64,000 nucleotides of DNA from Candidatus Poribacteria bacterium. Its GTDB lineage: Bacteria; Poribacteria; WGA-4E; WGA-3G. Location of the stretch: assembly GCA_965198235.1 (NCBI GenBank), contig OZ240248.1, positions 2,944,001 through 3,008,000 of the forward strand. The letters are read 5' to 3'. Below the pieces are notes generated by a model. It had not been told where the DNA came from, did no database searches, and saw only the letters and a program-made list of their open reading frames with translations. Positions 50,023 to 59,191 of the stretch are shown here, in pieces (within the stretch, counting starts at the first letter, position 1; every line of letters starts with the position of its first letter). A program made the position numbers and the translations under genes.

Positions 50023-50968
50023 GTTTTCTCTCGTCGCTGGGGCGCAGCTTGACGGGCGACTCTTCCTCGCACAAGCCTTAGCCCATGGAGACACCTTCGG
50101 TGGAATTCCCCGTGAACAGGCGGATACGCTCTATCAGAGTATAGCCGCTATTGCACACAAGCTCATTACAATGAAGACGGCAGACCTCTCCGATCAATCC
50201 GGGCTACGGACGCAGATTCAGACTGCTTTCACGCTCACCAGTCTTGGGTTAGAGTATGGTAGCAAGGGCGATTTTGACAAAGCGGTTCGACTACTCTGTA
50301 AAAACCGAGTCGTCAAATTTTTCCAAATCGGGAACACGCTGACAGAAAAATTGTTAGACAGAGCGCGCCATCTTTTAGAACACGGTGTGATTCTACCTCC
50401 TGATACGGATGAGGAACGTGTACTCGGTGCTACCTATACTGACCTTGAAACAGAGGGGATCCAGATTTATACGCAAGCGGAACTTGAATTCTTAAAGGCG
50501 TTGCTGACTTACAGAACCACTATTCGGTCACTTCAAATAACTATCAGAGATGCGGATGTCCCAAGAGCTCTTATCCATTTGGCTGAGGTCAATATGATTG
50601 ATCAGCAGTTGGCATGCATCGAGAATCGCTGCCACTACGTAAAAGCCTTGCCACTGGATAATCTGTTCGCACTGGATCCACCACTCAGTATTTTCCCCAA
50701 CCCTATTGAACACCTCACACTCGGATTGATAGTCAATCTTGTACTCTATCGCCATGTTGATTTTCAATTAGATGCCGACACACGGCAGGATTTCTACAAG
50801 CTGGCTTATGTGGACGGTGAGATTCGGCAATCACTCCGGCAACAGTTACTTGATTGGATAGCGCAGTATCTCGAACAAGCGCACCAACCTGAACCTGTGA
50901 AGGCGTATGCTGTCTCTTATTGGGATGATTGTCTCCGAATGGAAGGAAAGAAAATTTCGGCTGAATAG
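50006..50968 (+). CDS. Hypothetical protein resembling the C-terminal half of DUF6178
   Basis: SLGLE....GD...A..LL.......FQ.G pattern; overlaps the upstream stop; GAGGA SD. Confidence 0.65.
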   Translation: MTKANRFSLVAGAQLDGRLFLAQALAHGDTFGGIPREQADTLYQSIAAIAHKLITMKTADLSDQSGLRTQIQTAFTLTSLGLEYGSKGDFDKAVRLLCKNRVVKFFQIGNTLTEKLLDRARHLLEHGVILPPDTDEERVLGATYTDLETEGIQIYTQAELEFLKALLTYRTTIRSLQITIRDADVPRALIHLAEVNMIDQQLACIENRCHYVKALPLDNLFALDPPLSIFPNPIEHLTLGLIVNLVLYRHVDFQLDADTRQDFYKLAYVDGEIRQSLRQQLLDWIAQYLEQAHQPEPVKAYAVSYWDDCLRMEGKKISAE

Positions 50969-50970
50969 TC

Positions 50971-51642
50971 TCAGCGATCTGCCAATCCCTTCTTTGCGTC
51001 CGCAATTGCCTTGCGGGCTTGTGCGGTGCCGATGTCATTCAAGGCGCGTTCTGCCATACGGCGAAGGTCAGCGTTCGGCGAATTCAGTGCCACAATGAGC
51101 GGTTCAACCGCAGGAGTACCTATTGTAGCCAGGGCGCGCACAACAAGACGACGGACGTTCCATTCCGGATCTGTAAGGGTGTTGATGAGCGCAGGCAAAA
51201 TTGTGTCAAGCGGTGTGCCGATTTCACCTAACGCATAAGCGGCATTCAACCGAATCTCCGCTGCGTCTGCTGTTAAAGCATCGATGAGATACGGCACGGC
51301 AGGTTCACCTACATTTTGTAGGGCAACGGAGCCGACAACGCGGATGTTTTCGTCGGGATCTGTGAGCACAGAGATGAGTGCAGGTACAATGCGGACAGCG
51401 GGAGTTTTGATTTCGCTGAGTATCCACGCCGACATCTCACGAATTTGTGGATTTTCATCGGACAATCCGTGGATTAAGGCATCGACCGCCTCAGGTCCCA
51501 TTTTGACTAAAGCTTCGGCGGCTTCGGTGCGACGCACAGCCGCTCTGTCACCAAGTTGGCTGACAAGCGTTTTTATCTGTTGTTCCTGTGACTGACATGC
51601 TATCAGACACAGGAAAATGGAAAGTAAAAAGAAGCGTTTCAT
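50971..51642 (-). CDS. HEAT-repeat (PBS lyase-like) lipoprotein
   Basis: LIAC lipobox; repeated L.D....VR..A..AL..IG. Confidence 0.9.
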   Translation of the reverse strand: MKRFFLLSIFLCLIACQSQEQQIKTLVSQLGDRAAVRRTEAAEALVKMGPEAVDALIHGLSDENPQIREMSAWILSEIKTPAVRIVPALISVLTDPDENIRVVGSVALQNVGEPAVPYLIDALTADAAEIRLNAAYALGEIGTPLDTILPALINTLTDPEWNVRRLVVRALATIGTPAVEPLIVALNSPNADLRRMAERALNDIGTAQARKAIADAKKGLADR

Positions 51643-51816
51643 AGGTTGATGAGTATAGCATGGTTTTCGACTTTTTGCAAGTTCTGTCTGATTTTGTTTT
51701 AGCTATGTAGACGAGGGTTGAAACCTCGCCAGCGAATTCAAGTTACGTTATTACAAGTTACGTTATTAAAGGAGAGTCACGGGGTTCGCCACAGTGCGAA
51801 AACCGTCAATAAAAAG

Positions 51817-52356
51817 ATGAAATTAGAGACAGCGACGTTTGGAGCAGGCTGTTTTTGGTGTGTTGAGGCAGTCTTTCTGCAGGTGGAAGGCGTTCACAAA
51901 GTCGTCTCAGGGTACACCGGCGGCACCACCGTTAATCCGACGTATCAAGCGGTGTGTATGGGAATGACGGGCCACGCCGAAGTGGTTCAGATTCAGTTCG
52001 ATCCGGAGGTTATTTCTTACGAAGAGTTATTAGAACTTTTTTGGCACACACATGATGCAACAACCTTAAATCGGCAGGGTGCTGATGTCGGGACCCAATA
52101 CCGTTCAGCAATTTTCTATCACACGGAGGCGCAACAACGTCTCGCAGAAAAATCTAAAGCCGAGATGGACGCATCCGATATGTGGGACGCTCCGATTGTG
52201 ACAGAGATCATCCCGGTTGATGTCTTTTATCCTGCCGAAGATTACCACCAAAACTATTTTCAATTGAATCCAAATCAGCCATACTGCCAGTTTGTGATTC
52301 ACCCAAAGATGCGAAAGTTCACGAAGGATTTTAAGGATAAACTTAGAAATGATTAA
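51817..52356 (+). CDS. msrA: Peptide methionine sulfoxide reductase A
   Basis: GCFWC, SGYTGG, GHAE, RQG.D.G.QYRS, AEDYHQ.Y, C-terminal YC. Confidence 0.95.
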   Translation: MKLETATFGAGCFWCVEAVFLQVEGVHKVVSGYTGGTTVNPTYQAVCMGMTGHAEVVQIQFDPEVISYEELLELFWHTHDATTLNRQGADVGTQYRSAIFYHTEAQQRLAEKSKAEMDASDMWDAPIVTEIIPVDVFYPAEDYHQNYFQLNPNQPYCQFVIHPKMRKFTKDFKDKLRND

Positions 52357-53986
52357 TAAACACATTTTGAAATCGGACCCTGCAATCTATACAGAGATAA
52401 AAATGTTAAAATTTGCAGGTGTCGTTCTAAAACCGCATTTGATAAGATTTTTCGCTATTATCTTTTGCCTCAGTATTAGCAGTGCGGTCGCCCAAGAGGC
52501 AGCGTCACCGATTGCTGTGCCAGTTGCGGCAGCGAGACGCGGGACAATTGTTTCCACAAAGCAGTACACCGGGCATTTAGAACCGCACGCTGAGATGAAG
52601 GTATTTGCCAATGTTCCGGGGAAAATTGTTGCCCTGAACGCGACCGTTGGGCAAAGTGTGGCGAAAGATGATGTGCTTGCAGAGACGAATTCAAGAGAAG
52701 CCGCACTTGCCGTGATACGTGCAGAATCGGCATTAAGCAGCGCGCAATCCCGATTCACGTTGACGGAAGCAAATGCCCAAGCGAGTGTTGAATCTCAGTT
52801 GGCAGTTGCACAGGAGACGCTAATGACAGCGCAGTCGAACCTTGTGGAGACGCAATCGCTTGCTGAAATGCGTGTCCGTAATCAACTCGTGCAGGCAGAA
52901 GCAGCTTACCAAGCAGCCGTGGAGACAATTGAAAAATCGAAAACAAATGCAGAACAAGGCTTGGAACGCGCGAGGGTGGAGCGCGAGGGTGCTAAAGCGG
53001 ATTATGATCGAAACAAATCGCTCCACGATAAGCAGCTCATCAGTGGTAGCAATTTTGAATCAGTAGAAAAGCGTTTGAGATTGGCAGAAACCCGTTTAGA
53101 GGAAGCTCAGGTTACAGCAAGACAGTTTGAGGAAGGTTCAACGCATCTTTCCGTGGAAAAGGCGAAAGCAGAATTAGCCGTTGCTCGGAAGCTGGTCGAG
53201 ATCCGCAGTTGGGAACGCGAGATCGCTTTGGCAGAATCAAAGGTGACTCAGGCACAAGCCAACCTCAACGCGGCGCAGAAACTGGTGGAAGCAAAATCTT
53301 GGGAGCGAGAGATTGAGATAGCCAGATCGGCAGTGAGTCAAGCCGAAGAACAACTCAAACTCGCCCAAGAACAGGTGAGTGCTGCGACTATTAAATCTCC
53401 AATTGATGGCGTTATTGCCACGCGTCACTTGAACGTAGGGGATTATGCAGGGTCCGCCTCCTCACCTACAGGGAAACCAGTATTTACGGTCATCGGAGTT
53501 AAGGTCCTCAAAGCCATTTGGAGCATGCCTGTCACGGACGCGCGCCGCATTCACAGCGGCGAACTCGTCCTGATTTCTACGGATGCCGGCATTCGGAATA
53601 TTGTCGGCACAATCGATTTTATGAGTCCGACGGTCAACCGTGAAAACAACACAGTGCTTGTCCATGCCAACGTACCGAATTCTGTGGGGACACTCTCTCA
53701 CAATAGTGGTCTAAGACCGGGTGGCACAATCACAGTTTCTATAAAAACAGGTGAGCGGAAAAATGTCCAAATGCTTCCGTTGCGTTCAGTCTTGCACATT
53801 CAGAATGGAAGCGGAACCGTCTTTATCGTTGAAGGGAACTCGGCACGCCGGGAACAGGTAAGCGTTGGTGCTGTTTACGGTGGTGAGATAGAGGTTACCG
53901 CGAGACTTTTGAACGGAACATTGGTGATTGTTAGTGAACAACATCGATTACAGGATGGAACGCCGGTGTCTATTGTTCGTGATTAG
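52349..53986 (+). CDS. Efflux RND/ABC periplasmic adaptor with long coiled-coil hairpin
   Basis: Lipoyl halves (VPGKI..., IKSPIDG), LRPG, P..SV; about 240 aa helical insertion; start could be 52403. Confidence 0.85.
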   Translation: MINKHILKSDPAIYTEIKMLKFAGVVLKPHLIRFFAIIFCLSISSAVAQEAASPIAVPVAAARRGTIVSTKQYTGHLEPHAEMKVFANVPGKIVALNATVGQSVAKDDVLAETNSREAALAVIRAESALSSAQSRFTLTEANAQASVESQLAVAQETLMTAQSNLVETQSLAEMRVRNQLVQAEAAYQAAVETIEKSKTNAEQGLERARVEREGAKADYDRNKSLHDKQLISGSNFESVEKRLRLAETRLEEAQVTARQFEEGSTHLSVEKAKAELAVARKLVEIRSWEREIALAESKVTQAQANLNAAQKLVEAKSWEREIEIARSAVSQAEEQLKLAQEQVSAATIKSPIDGVIATRHLNVGDYAGSASSPTGKPVFTVIGVKVLKAIWSMPVTDARRIHSGELVLISTDAGIRNIVGTIDFMSPTVNRENNTVLVHANVPNSVGTLSHNSGLRPGGTITVSIKTGERKNVQMLPLRSVLHIQNGSGTVFIVEGNSARREQVSVGAVYGGEIEVTARLLNGTLVIVSEQHRLQDGTPVSIVRD

Positions 53987-54036
53987 TTTTATAGCCTTCA
54001 TTTCCTGATTGCAACTATAGCAAATGGATTCTGGGT

Positions 54037-55164
54037 CTATGCCCGATTTAAGGCGTAGACCCGAATCTGTTCCCATTTCCGTTTGGACCGATGCGTCGCA
54101 ACCCGCCTTTTAAAGAGTATTTCTTCTTTAAATCCAGCTTCAGCAATTATCGTTTCCAAATTCTCAATTGCCTTGGGTCCTGAAGCATCAGCATATCCCA
54201 ACAAAACAGTGCCATCAGGTTTCAGGAAATTTGAGACCTGCGCAAAAAAACGCTTCACCGTTTCCTGTTTCTCATCGTGGATAGCGAGTTCCGCCCGGTT
54301 ACGCACGCGAGCAACAACCCACGGCGCGTTGAAAATAATCACGTCAAATTGATGTGATGGAAATGGGTCAAACAGATCCCCAGCGGGCATGACGCGGACA
54401 GTGTCTGAATCTGGCAGGAGGCGTTGAAGGTTTAGTTTCGTTGTCGCGACCGCTTCAGGGAGCAGATCGGATGTGTACAGTTCAGCCTGTTCACCCAATT
54501 CCTGCCGTGCCAACAAGGTCAAACATCCGCTTCCGCACCCGATGTCAGCAGCGGTAGAGGGATCGGATCGACGAACATGTTGGAGTGCCTCCTGAAAGCA
54601 CTCAATTGTCTCTTGCGAGCGTGGGGCAAGGACGTTTTCGGAAGCAACGAGAGAGGCGTTGAGGGCACGGATGGGGTAGGTATCCGCCAAAGCATGTTGA
54701 ATTTGTTGGATTTTTGTGAGAGATAGAAGAAAGGGTTTTCCTTGGTTCGCTTCCGCGGGTTCTCCGGCAAGTTCCAACAGATACGGTAGAACAGGCGCGG
54801 ATTCAGCCTGTAAAATTCCATCGGCATCCGCCCAACACATCAGTCGCGTTACGGCTTCTCTCAAAGCATCGCTTGCAGATTTCCTGCGCGAATCTCTCCT
54901 ATCTCGCCGTTTGGTGTCCCGCTGCGGTTGTTGGATTAAGTCCTGTTTGTGGCGTTGGATATAATCCATCAGTGCCGTAATCTGTTCCCATTTTCCTTCT
55001 ACAACAGCAACGCCGCCGTGTCGGATGTGTGTGAATATCCTATTGAGGTGTCCTAATTCTTGATGCACAAACAGTTTGGCGCGCGCGCGCGCAAAAACCG
55101 CATCCCGACACTCAGTAGGGACATAGAGTTCACCGATGTTGCTAACGGAATAGAAGGAATTCAT
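54037..55164 (-). CDS. Class I SAM-dependent methyltransferase (MTS/HemK-like)
   Basis: APRS.ET, DIGCGSG, GDLF, FNAPW. Confidence 0.82.
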   Translation of the reverse strand: MNSFYSVSNIGELYVPTECRDAVFARARAKLFVHQELGHLNRIFTHIRHGGVAVVEGKWEQITALMDYIQRHKQDLIQQPQRDTKRRDRRDSRRKSASDALREAVTRLMCWADADGILQAESAPVLPYLLELAGEPAEANQGKPFLLSLTKIQQIQHALADTYPIRALNASLVASENVLAPRSQETIECFQEALQHVRRSDPSTAADIGCGSGCLTLLARQELGEQAELYTSDLLPEAVATTKLNLQRLLPDSDTVRVMPAGDLFDPFPSHQFDVIIFNAPWVVARVRNRAELAIHDEKQETVKRFFAQVSNFLKPDGTVLLGYADASGPKAIENLETIIAEAGFKEEILFKRRVATHRSKRKWEQIRVYALNRA

Positions 55165-55194
55165 TGTTTAGGGAGATGGACAAGCGTTATGGAG

Positions 55195-56274
55195 CTAAGA
55201 AATCGGGACAATCTCACCTGTTTTGACCGATTCTGCTTCCTTATAGCAGAGCAGTAGCGCATCCCTCGCGCCGACACCGGACAGTGCCGTCGGTTCGTTT
55301 TCCCAGTCGATCGCGTCAACGGCGTATTGAAGTTCACCAGTAAAGGCATCAATCGGGTCTACCTCCCCTAAATCGACCTGTTCAACTTCTCCTTCATCGT
55401 TCAGAAGTGTCAGTGGCACTGCGGTAGAGGCTTCACCTGCTAATGTTGAAAAGTCGTAAAGTAGTGTGGCTTTTTCGAGGTAGATTTCAAACCCGTGCGA
55501 GAAAGCACGTCCGCGTTGCGAGACCGCGCCCGACGAACAACTCACGGAAAGTTCCTTATCATTATAAATGTATTGGGTCGTCAAGTAATCGACATAATTG
55601 CCGCTGGCGAGTTTGCCTTGTGAAAAGACCGCATCCGGGACACCGCAGAGCAGTTGAATGAAATGGGTGTCGTGGATGTGCAAATCGATGCCGGGACCGC
55701 CACTCTTTTCGATGTTGGCAACATCTCGCGACCAACTCGGTTTGGAGATAATGCGCTTGAAGTGAGCACCGAGAAGTTCACCGTATTTTCCCTCTTCCAC
55801 CACTCGCATAGCATAAGCGTATTCAGCAAAGAAGGGTAGCACGTGTGCGACCATCAGAAAACATGGGCTTTCATGAGCTGCTTTCCGTTCTACGCCTATC
55901 TTTTTTGCGAGTTCGACGAGTTCATTGGCATCGTCAATAGAGATAGAAATCGGTTTTTCGACGAGGGTATGTTTTCCTGCTTCGAGGGATGCCATACTCA
56001 CGGGTTTGTGCAGATGCGTCGGCAGACAAATATCAACCAGTTCAACCTCTTCATCAGCAAGGAGTTCGTCAATCTCGCTGTATTTTCGGACGTTTGAGAG
56101 ATCTTCCATGCCACCTCGGGGTCCGAAATTCCCTTGAATGCCCGTCCAATCACCAGCGAGTTTCTTTGGATCTCGTGTGCAGATAGCAACCACTTCGGCA
56201 CCGGTAATGCGCTGAATGGCGTAGTAATGAATCATGCCCATAAATCCGATACCGACGATTCCGATTTTTGTCAT
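55195..56274 (-). CDS. Gfo/Idh/MocA oxidoreductase
   Basis: GIGFMG, DICLPT..H, EKP, DLHIHD. Confidence 0.93.
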   Translation of the reverse strand: MTKIGIVGIGFMGMIHYYAIQRITGAEVVAICTRDPKKLAGDWTGIQGNFGPRGGMEDLSNVRKYSEIDELLADEEVELVDICLPTHLHKPVSMASLEAGKHTLVEKPISISIDDANELVELAKKIGVERKAAHESPCFLMVAHVLPFFAEYAYAMRVVEEGKYGELLGAHFKRIISKPSWSRDVANIEKSGGPGIDLHIHDTHFIQLLCGVPDAVFSQGKLASGNYVDYLTTQYIYNDKELSVSCSSGAVSQRGRAFSHGFEIYLEKATLLYDFSTLAGEASTAVPLTLLNDEGEVEQVDLGEVDPIDAFTGELQYAVDAIDWENEPTALSGVGARDALLLCYKEAESVKTGEIVPIS

Positions 56275-56365
56275 TTCTCTACCTCTATTTGATAGAAGAA
56301 GGCACAGGTACCGGTCCCTTTTAAGGGTGATGCCTGTGCCGTTGAGTCTTTATGCGAGACCGTGT

Positions 56366-57157
56366 TTAGTATGTGCTGGTTCTTGACTTGATACTACCCC
56401 ACGTCGTTGTTGCTTTATCGCGAGGTGAGACTGCCAGGAAGCCTTCGTTCATTATCTCGTTGATTTCATCTTCGCTGAGCGCACGCCGCCAGACTGCCGC
56501 TTCGTCGATAGAACCGTTCTCAAAGGTATAATTCGGACGATCTTTAGAGCATCCGATCCTCAAGTCCTGATCGTTGGTCCCTTTGAAATCAAACTTTTCG
56601 TCTTTCTCCGCGGCGACTTCGCCATCAACGTAGACTTTCATGGTTGACCCGTCATAAGTTCCAACGACGTGTTGCCATTTCTTCGTATCCAGTGCATGCG
56701 GCACGCTCAGGGTCGGTCTGTTGTTGCCGGTCCCTAAGAACATGTTAAAATTCTTACCTCCGTTGAAAGCACCGATGCCGTAGGAAGAATGCTCGCCGCC
56801 GTTATGGCAGTTTTTGTCGAACCACTGGGCATCAGTGGCCCAAGAGTCCTGATTGATCCAAGCCGCCATCGTGATTTCACCCGTGATTTTCAGGTCATCG
56901 GAGGCTGGTACATTGACACAATCGGGTCCTACGTTTGTAATGCGAATCGCATCCCCGTATTTGCCTTTCACAATTTCGGTATTGGCGATGATATCTGCGT
57001 CAAGTCCGTTGCCAGAATCGTCAACAATCGTTTTACCGTTGACGTTGTCAAACGTGAAGTAAACGACGAGTCCTTCGGCGAGATCTGCCGTGGCGTATCC
57101 TACCGCTATAAACATCAACGCGCTGAGTAGCATAGCGTAACCAAATAGCTTTTTCAT
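56366..57157 (-). CDS. Secreted LamG-like protein with TW-tail
   Basis: Signal peptide; GKYG.A, ITMAAW, W.HVVGTYDG, IDE; LAVSPRDKATTTWGSIK. Confidence 0.9.
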   Translation of the reverse strand: MKKLFGYAMLLSALMFIAVGYATADLAEGLVVYFTFDNVNGKTIVDDSGNGLDADIIANTEIVKGKYGDAIRITNVGPDCVNVPASDDLKITGEITMAAWINQDSWATDAQWFDKNCHNGGEHSSYGIGAFNGGKNFNMFLGTGNNRPTLSVPHALDTKKWQHVVGTYDGSTMKVYVDGEVAAEKDEKFDFKGTNDQDLRIGCSKDRPNYTFENGSIDEAAVWRRALSEDEINEIMNEGFLAVSPRDKATTTWGSIKSRTSTY

Positions 57158-57315
57158 CCAGTTTCTCCTCCTGTGGAGTCTTCTTACATCAGAAATGCAA
57201 ATTTGCTTGTTCGGAAGTAATTAGAGTGTATCACGAAAATCGGAAGAATGCAATGCGTTTTTCTTTAGGAATCAGAGGCATTCAATTTTCCATTTATGGA
57301 AACTGACCACTAACG

Positions 57316-57423
57316 TCCTTGTAATCCTGCAAATCCTGATTCAGACCGCAACCGCCGATGGGGTCTAAGACTCCCTATAATCTGCGAAATCTGCGAAATC
57401 CGTGTCATCCGCGATTCAGACAA
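57316..57423. repeat. 9-bp-periodic repeat ending in GATTCAGAC
   Basis: AATCTGCGA AATCTGCGA AATCCGTGT CATCCGCGA TTCAGACAA (57379-57423); relatives at 57316-57346, 58278-58294 and, reversed, 39024-39060. Confidence 0.65.
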
Positions 57424-58227
57424 CTAAAACGCTTTCCGCTTAATATTGCCCCACGTTGTGGCGATCTTATCCTTCGGTGAAACCGCGAGTAAGGAGCTTC
57501 GCATAGCACTTCTAATTTCATCATCACTCAGGGCACGAGCCCATATCGCAACTTCGTCGATGGAACCGCCTTCAAACGCGTACTGTGGTCTATGCTTCGC
57601 ACAGCCAATCCGCAAATCTTCGTCATTTATACCATTAAAGCGAAACTGAAATTCGGGCGGGAGGCGTCCAGGTGGGTTGAGGATTTCCCCGTCGAGATAA
57701 AATTTTACACTTGTGCTGTTGCTGGTTGCTACAATATGATGCCACGTTTTATTCTTCATGCTATTCTGAATTATGAAGCGCACTTGGTGTTCGCCGCCTA
57801 AGACAACCCCGATTCCCGAACTATGGGCATCTTCTTTACTGAAGACTGCCATGCCGTATGAACTGGCTCTGCTATAACATCCTTTATCAAACCATTGAGA
57901 AGTGCTTTCCATCCAGTTTTCATGGTACACCCATGCCATCATCGTGATCTCTCCACTGATTTCCAAAGCATTTGTGGACGGAATATTCACACAATCTTCA
58001 GTCTCGTTAGTAATGTGGATTGCCTTCCCGTATTTGCCTTTGACAAATTTAGTGTTTTTGATAACCTTGGCATCCAGACCGTTCCCAGATTCATCAAAGA
58101 TCCGCTTGCCCTTGACATTGTCGAACGTGAAGTGAACGACAAGATCGTCAGTGAGATCCGCTGTAGCATATCCTACTGACACAAGCACCAGAACAACGAA
58201 TAAAAGGTAGTAAAATAGACATCCCAT
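57424..58227 (-). CDS. Secreted LamG-like protein with TW-tail, tandem paralog of 56366-57157
   Basis: Shares VGYATADL, DCVN.P, QWFDK.C, DLRIGC.K.RP.Y.FE.GSIDE; LAVSPKDKIATTWGNIK. Confidence 0.9.
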   Translation of the reverse strand: MGCLFYYLLFVVLVLVSVGYATADLTDDLVVHFTFDNVKGKRIFDESGNGLDAKVIKNTKFVKGKYGKAIHITNETEDCVNIPSTNALEISGEITMMAWVYHENWMESTSQWFDKGCYSRASSYGMAVFSKEDAHSSGIGVVLGGEHQVRFIIQNSMKNKTWHHIVATSNSTSVKFYLDGEILNPPGRLPPEFQFRFNGINDEDLRIGCAKHRPQYAFEGGSIDEVAIWARALSDDEIRSAMRSSLLAVSPKDKIATTWGNIKRKAF

Positions 58228-58319
58228 TTTTGCCCTCTTATATGGTATATGGAAGGTTAAAAATATTAAGGATATTCAATCCTGATTCAGACAATTAACA
58301 TCCCAAATTACCGAGTTGA

Positions 58320-59147
58320 CTAATTAGATGCAAGCACGGCGTTCATAAGTTCTTCCCATCTGCCTTCAAAGTTCTCGCCGAACTCGGTTTCTCCGCCGGT
58401 TGCAAGGGGACCGCGAAGCATCGGTTTGGCTGTGTTATGCTTCTCCCAGAGCTCCCTACCGCCGAAGTCATTGTGGAGGAAATGAAGGGCAACCCCGGCG
58501 CGTTCCTTATCGGTGAGGTTTGACTTCGTGCAGTGTGCCACGCCGTAACAGAAGAACAGAACGCCACCCGCCTTCAGTTCGATCGGCACAGCGCGTTCTT
58601 CGGGCGGATCGCACCGAATATGGTGATCGCTCAGCGGGTCGCGATAGTGCTCGTAACTCTCCCGATGGCTGCCCGGTATGACATACATACAACCGTTCTC
58701 GACGTTTGCATCGTGGATAGCGATCCACATCGCAGTGCCTCGTAACGGGTCTGCGATTTTGAAATAGGCATTGTCTTGATGCCAACTCGTACCGATACCG
58801 ACTTTAGGCGGTTTCCAGAACGCCTGATCCAGTTCTAACATGAATTCATCTCCGATAAGTTGTTGAACAGCGGAGATGACTTTCGGATGAAAGGGCAACG
58901 CTTTGTGCAAGTCGCTACGGTTGTTGAGCGGAATTACCTGAAGGTTTTGTCGCTCACCCTCATTGTTCCGCTTGGTTCCGTCTGCTTGCACGGCGCAATT
59001 GATACCGGTTCCGTTTTTGAGTTCAGTGTCGTATATCCGTTCTAATTCCAGTCGGAGAGCCTTCGCTTCAACGGGATCGAAAAATCCTTCGATGGTAAGA
59101 TACCCACTGTTTCGGAATTGCGCGAGTTGCTTCTCACTCAATTGCAT
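58320..59147 (-). CDS. Phytanoyl-CoA dioxygenase (PhyH) family Fe(II)/2OG oxygenase
   Basis: KPP, WHQD, WIA..DA..ENGC...PGSH, H...N.....R. Confidence 0.92.
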   Translation of the reverse strand: MQLSEKQLAQFRNSGYLTIEGFFDPVEAKALRLELERIYDTELKNGTGINCAVQADGTKRNNEGERQNLQVIPLNNRSDLHKALPFHPKVISAVQQLIGDEFMLELDQAFWKPPKVGIGTSWHQDNAYFKIADPLRGTAMWIAIHDANVENGCMYVIPGSHRESYEHYRDPLSDHHIRCDPPEERAVPIELKAGGVLFFCYGVAHCTKSNLTDKERAGVALHFLHNDFGGRELWEKHNTAKPMLRGPLATGGETEFGENFEGRWEELMNAVLASN

Positions 59148-59191
59148 GATTAAAACCACCTTTCTATGTATGATGGCACGACGTGTGCATA

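Noticed and set aside
55079-55092. (GC)7 dinucleotide run as a phase-variation tract
   Set aside because: Encodes ARAR in an intact frame; no evidence of slippage from a single sequence
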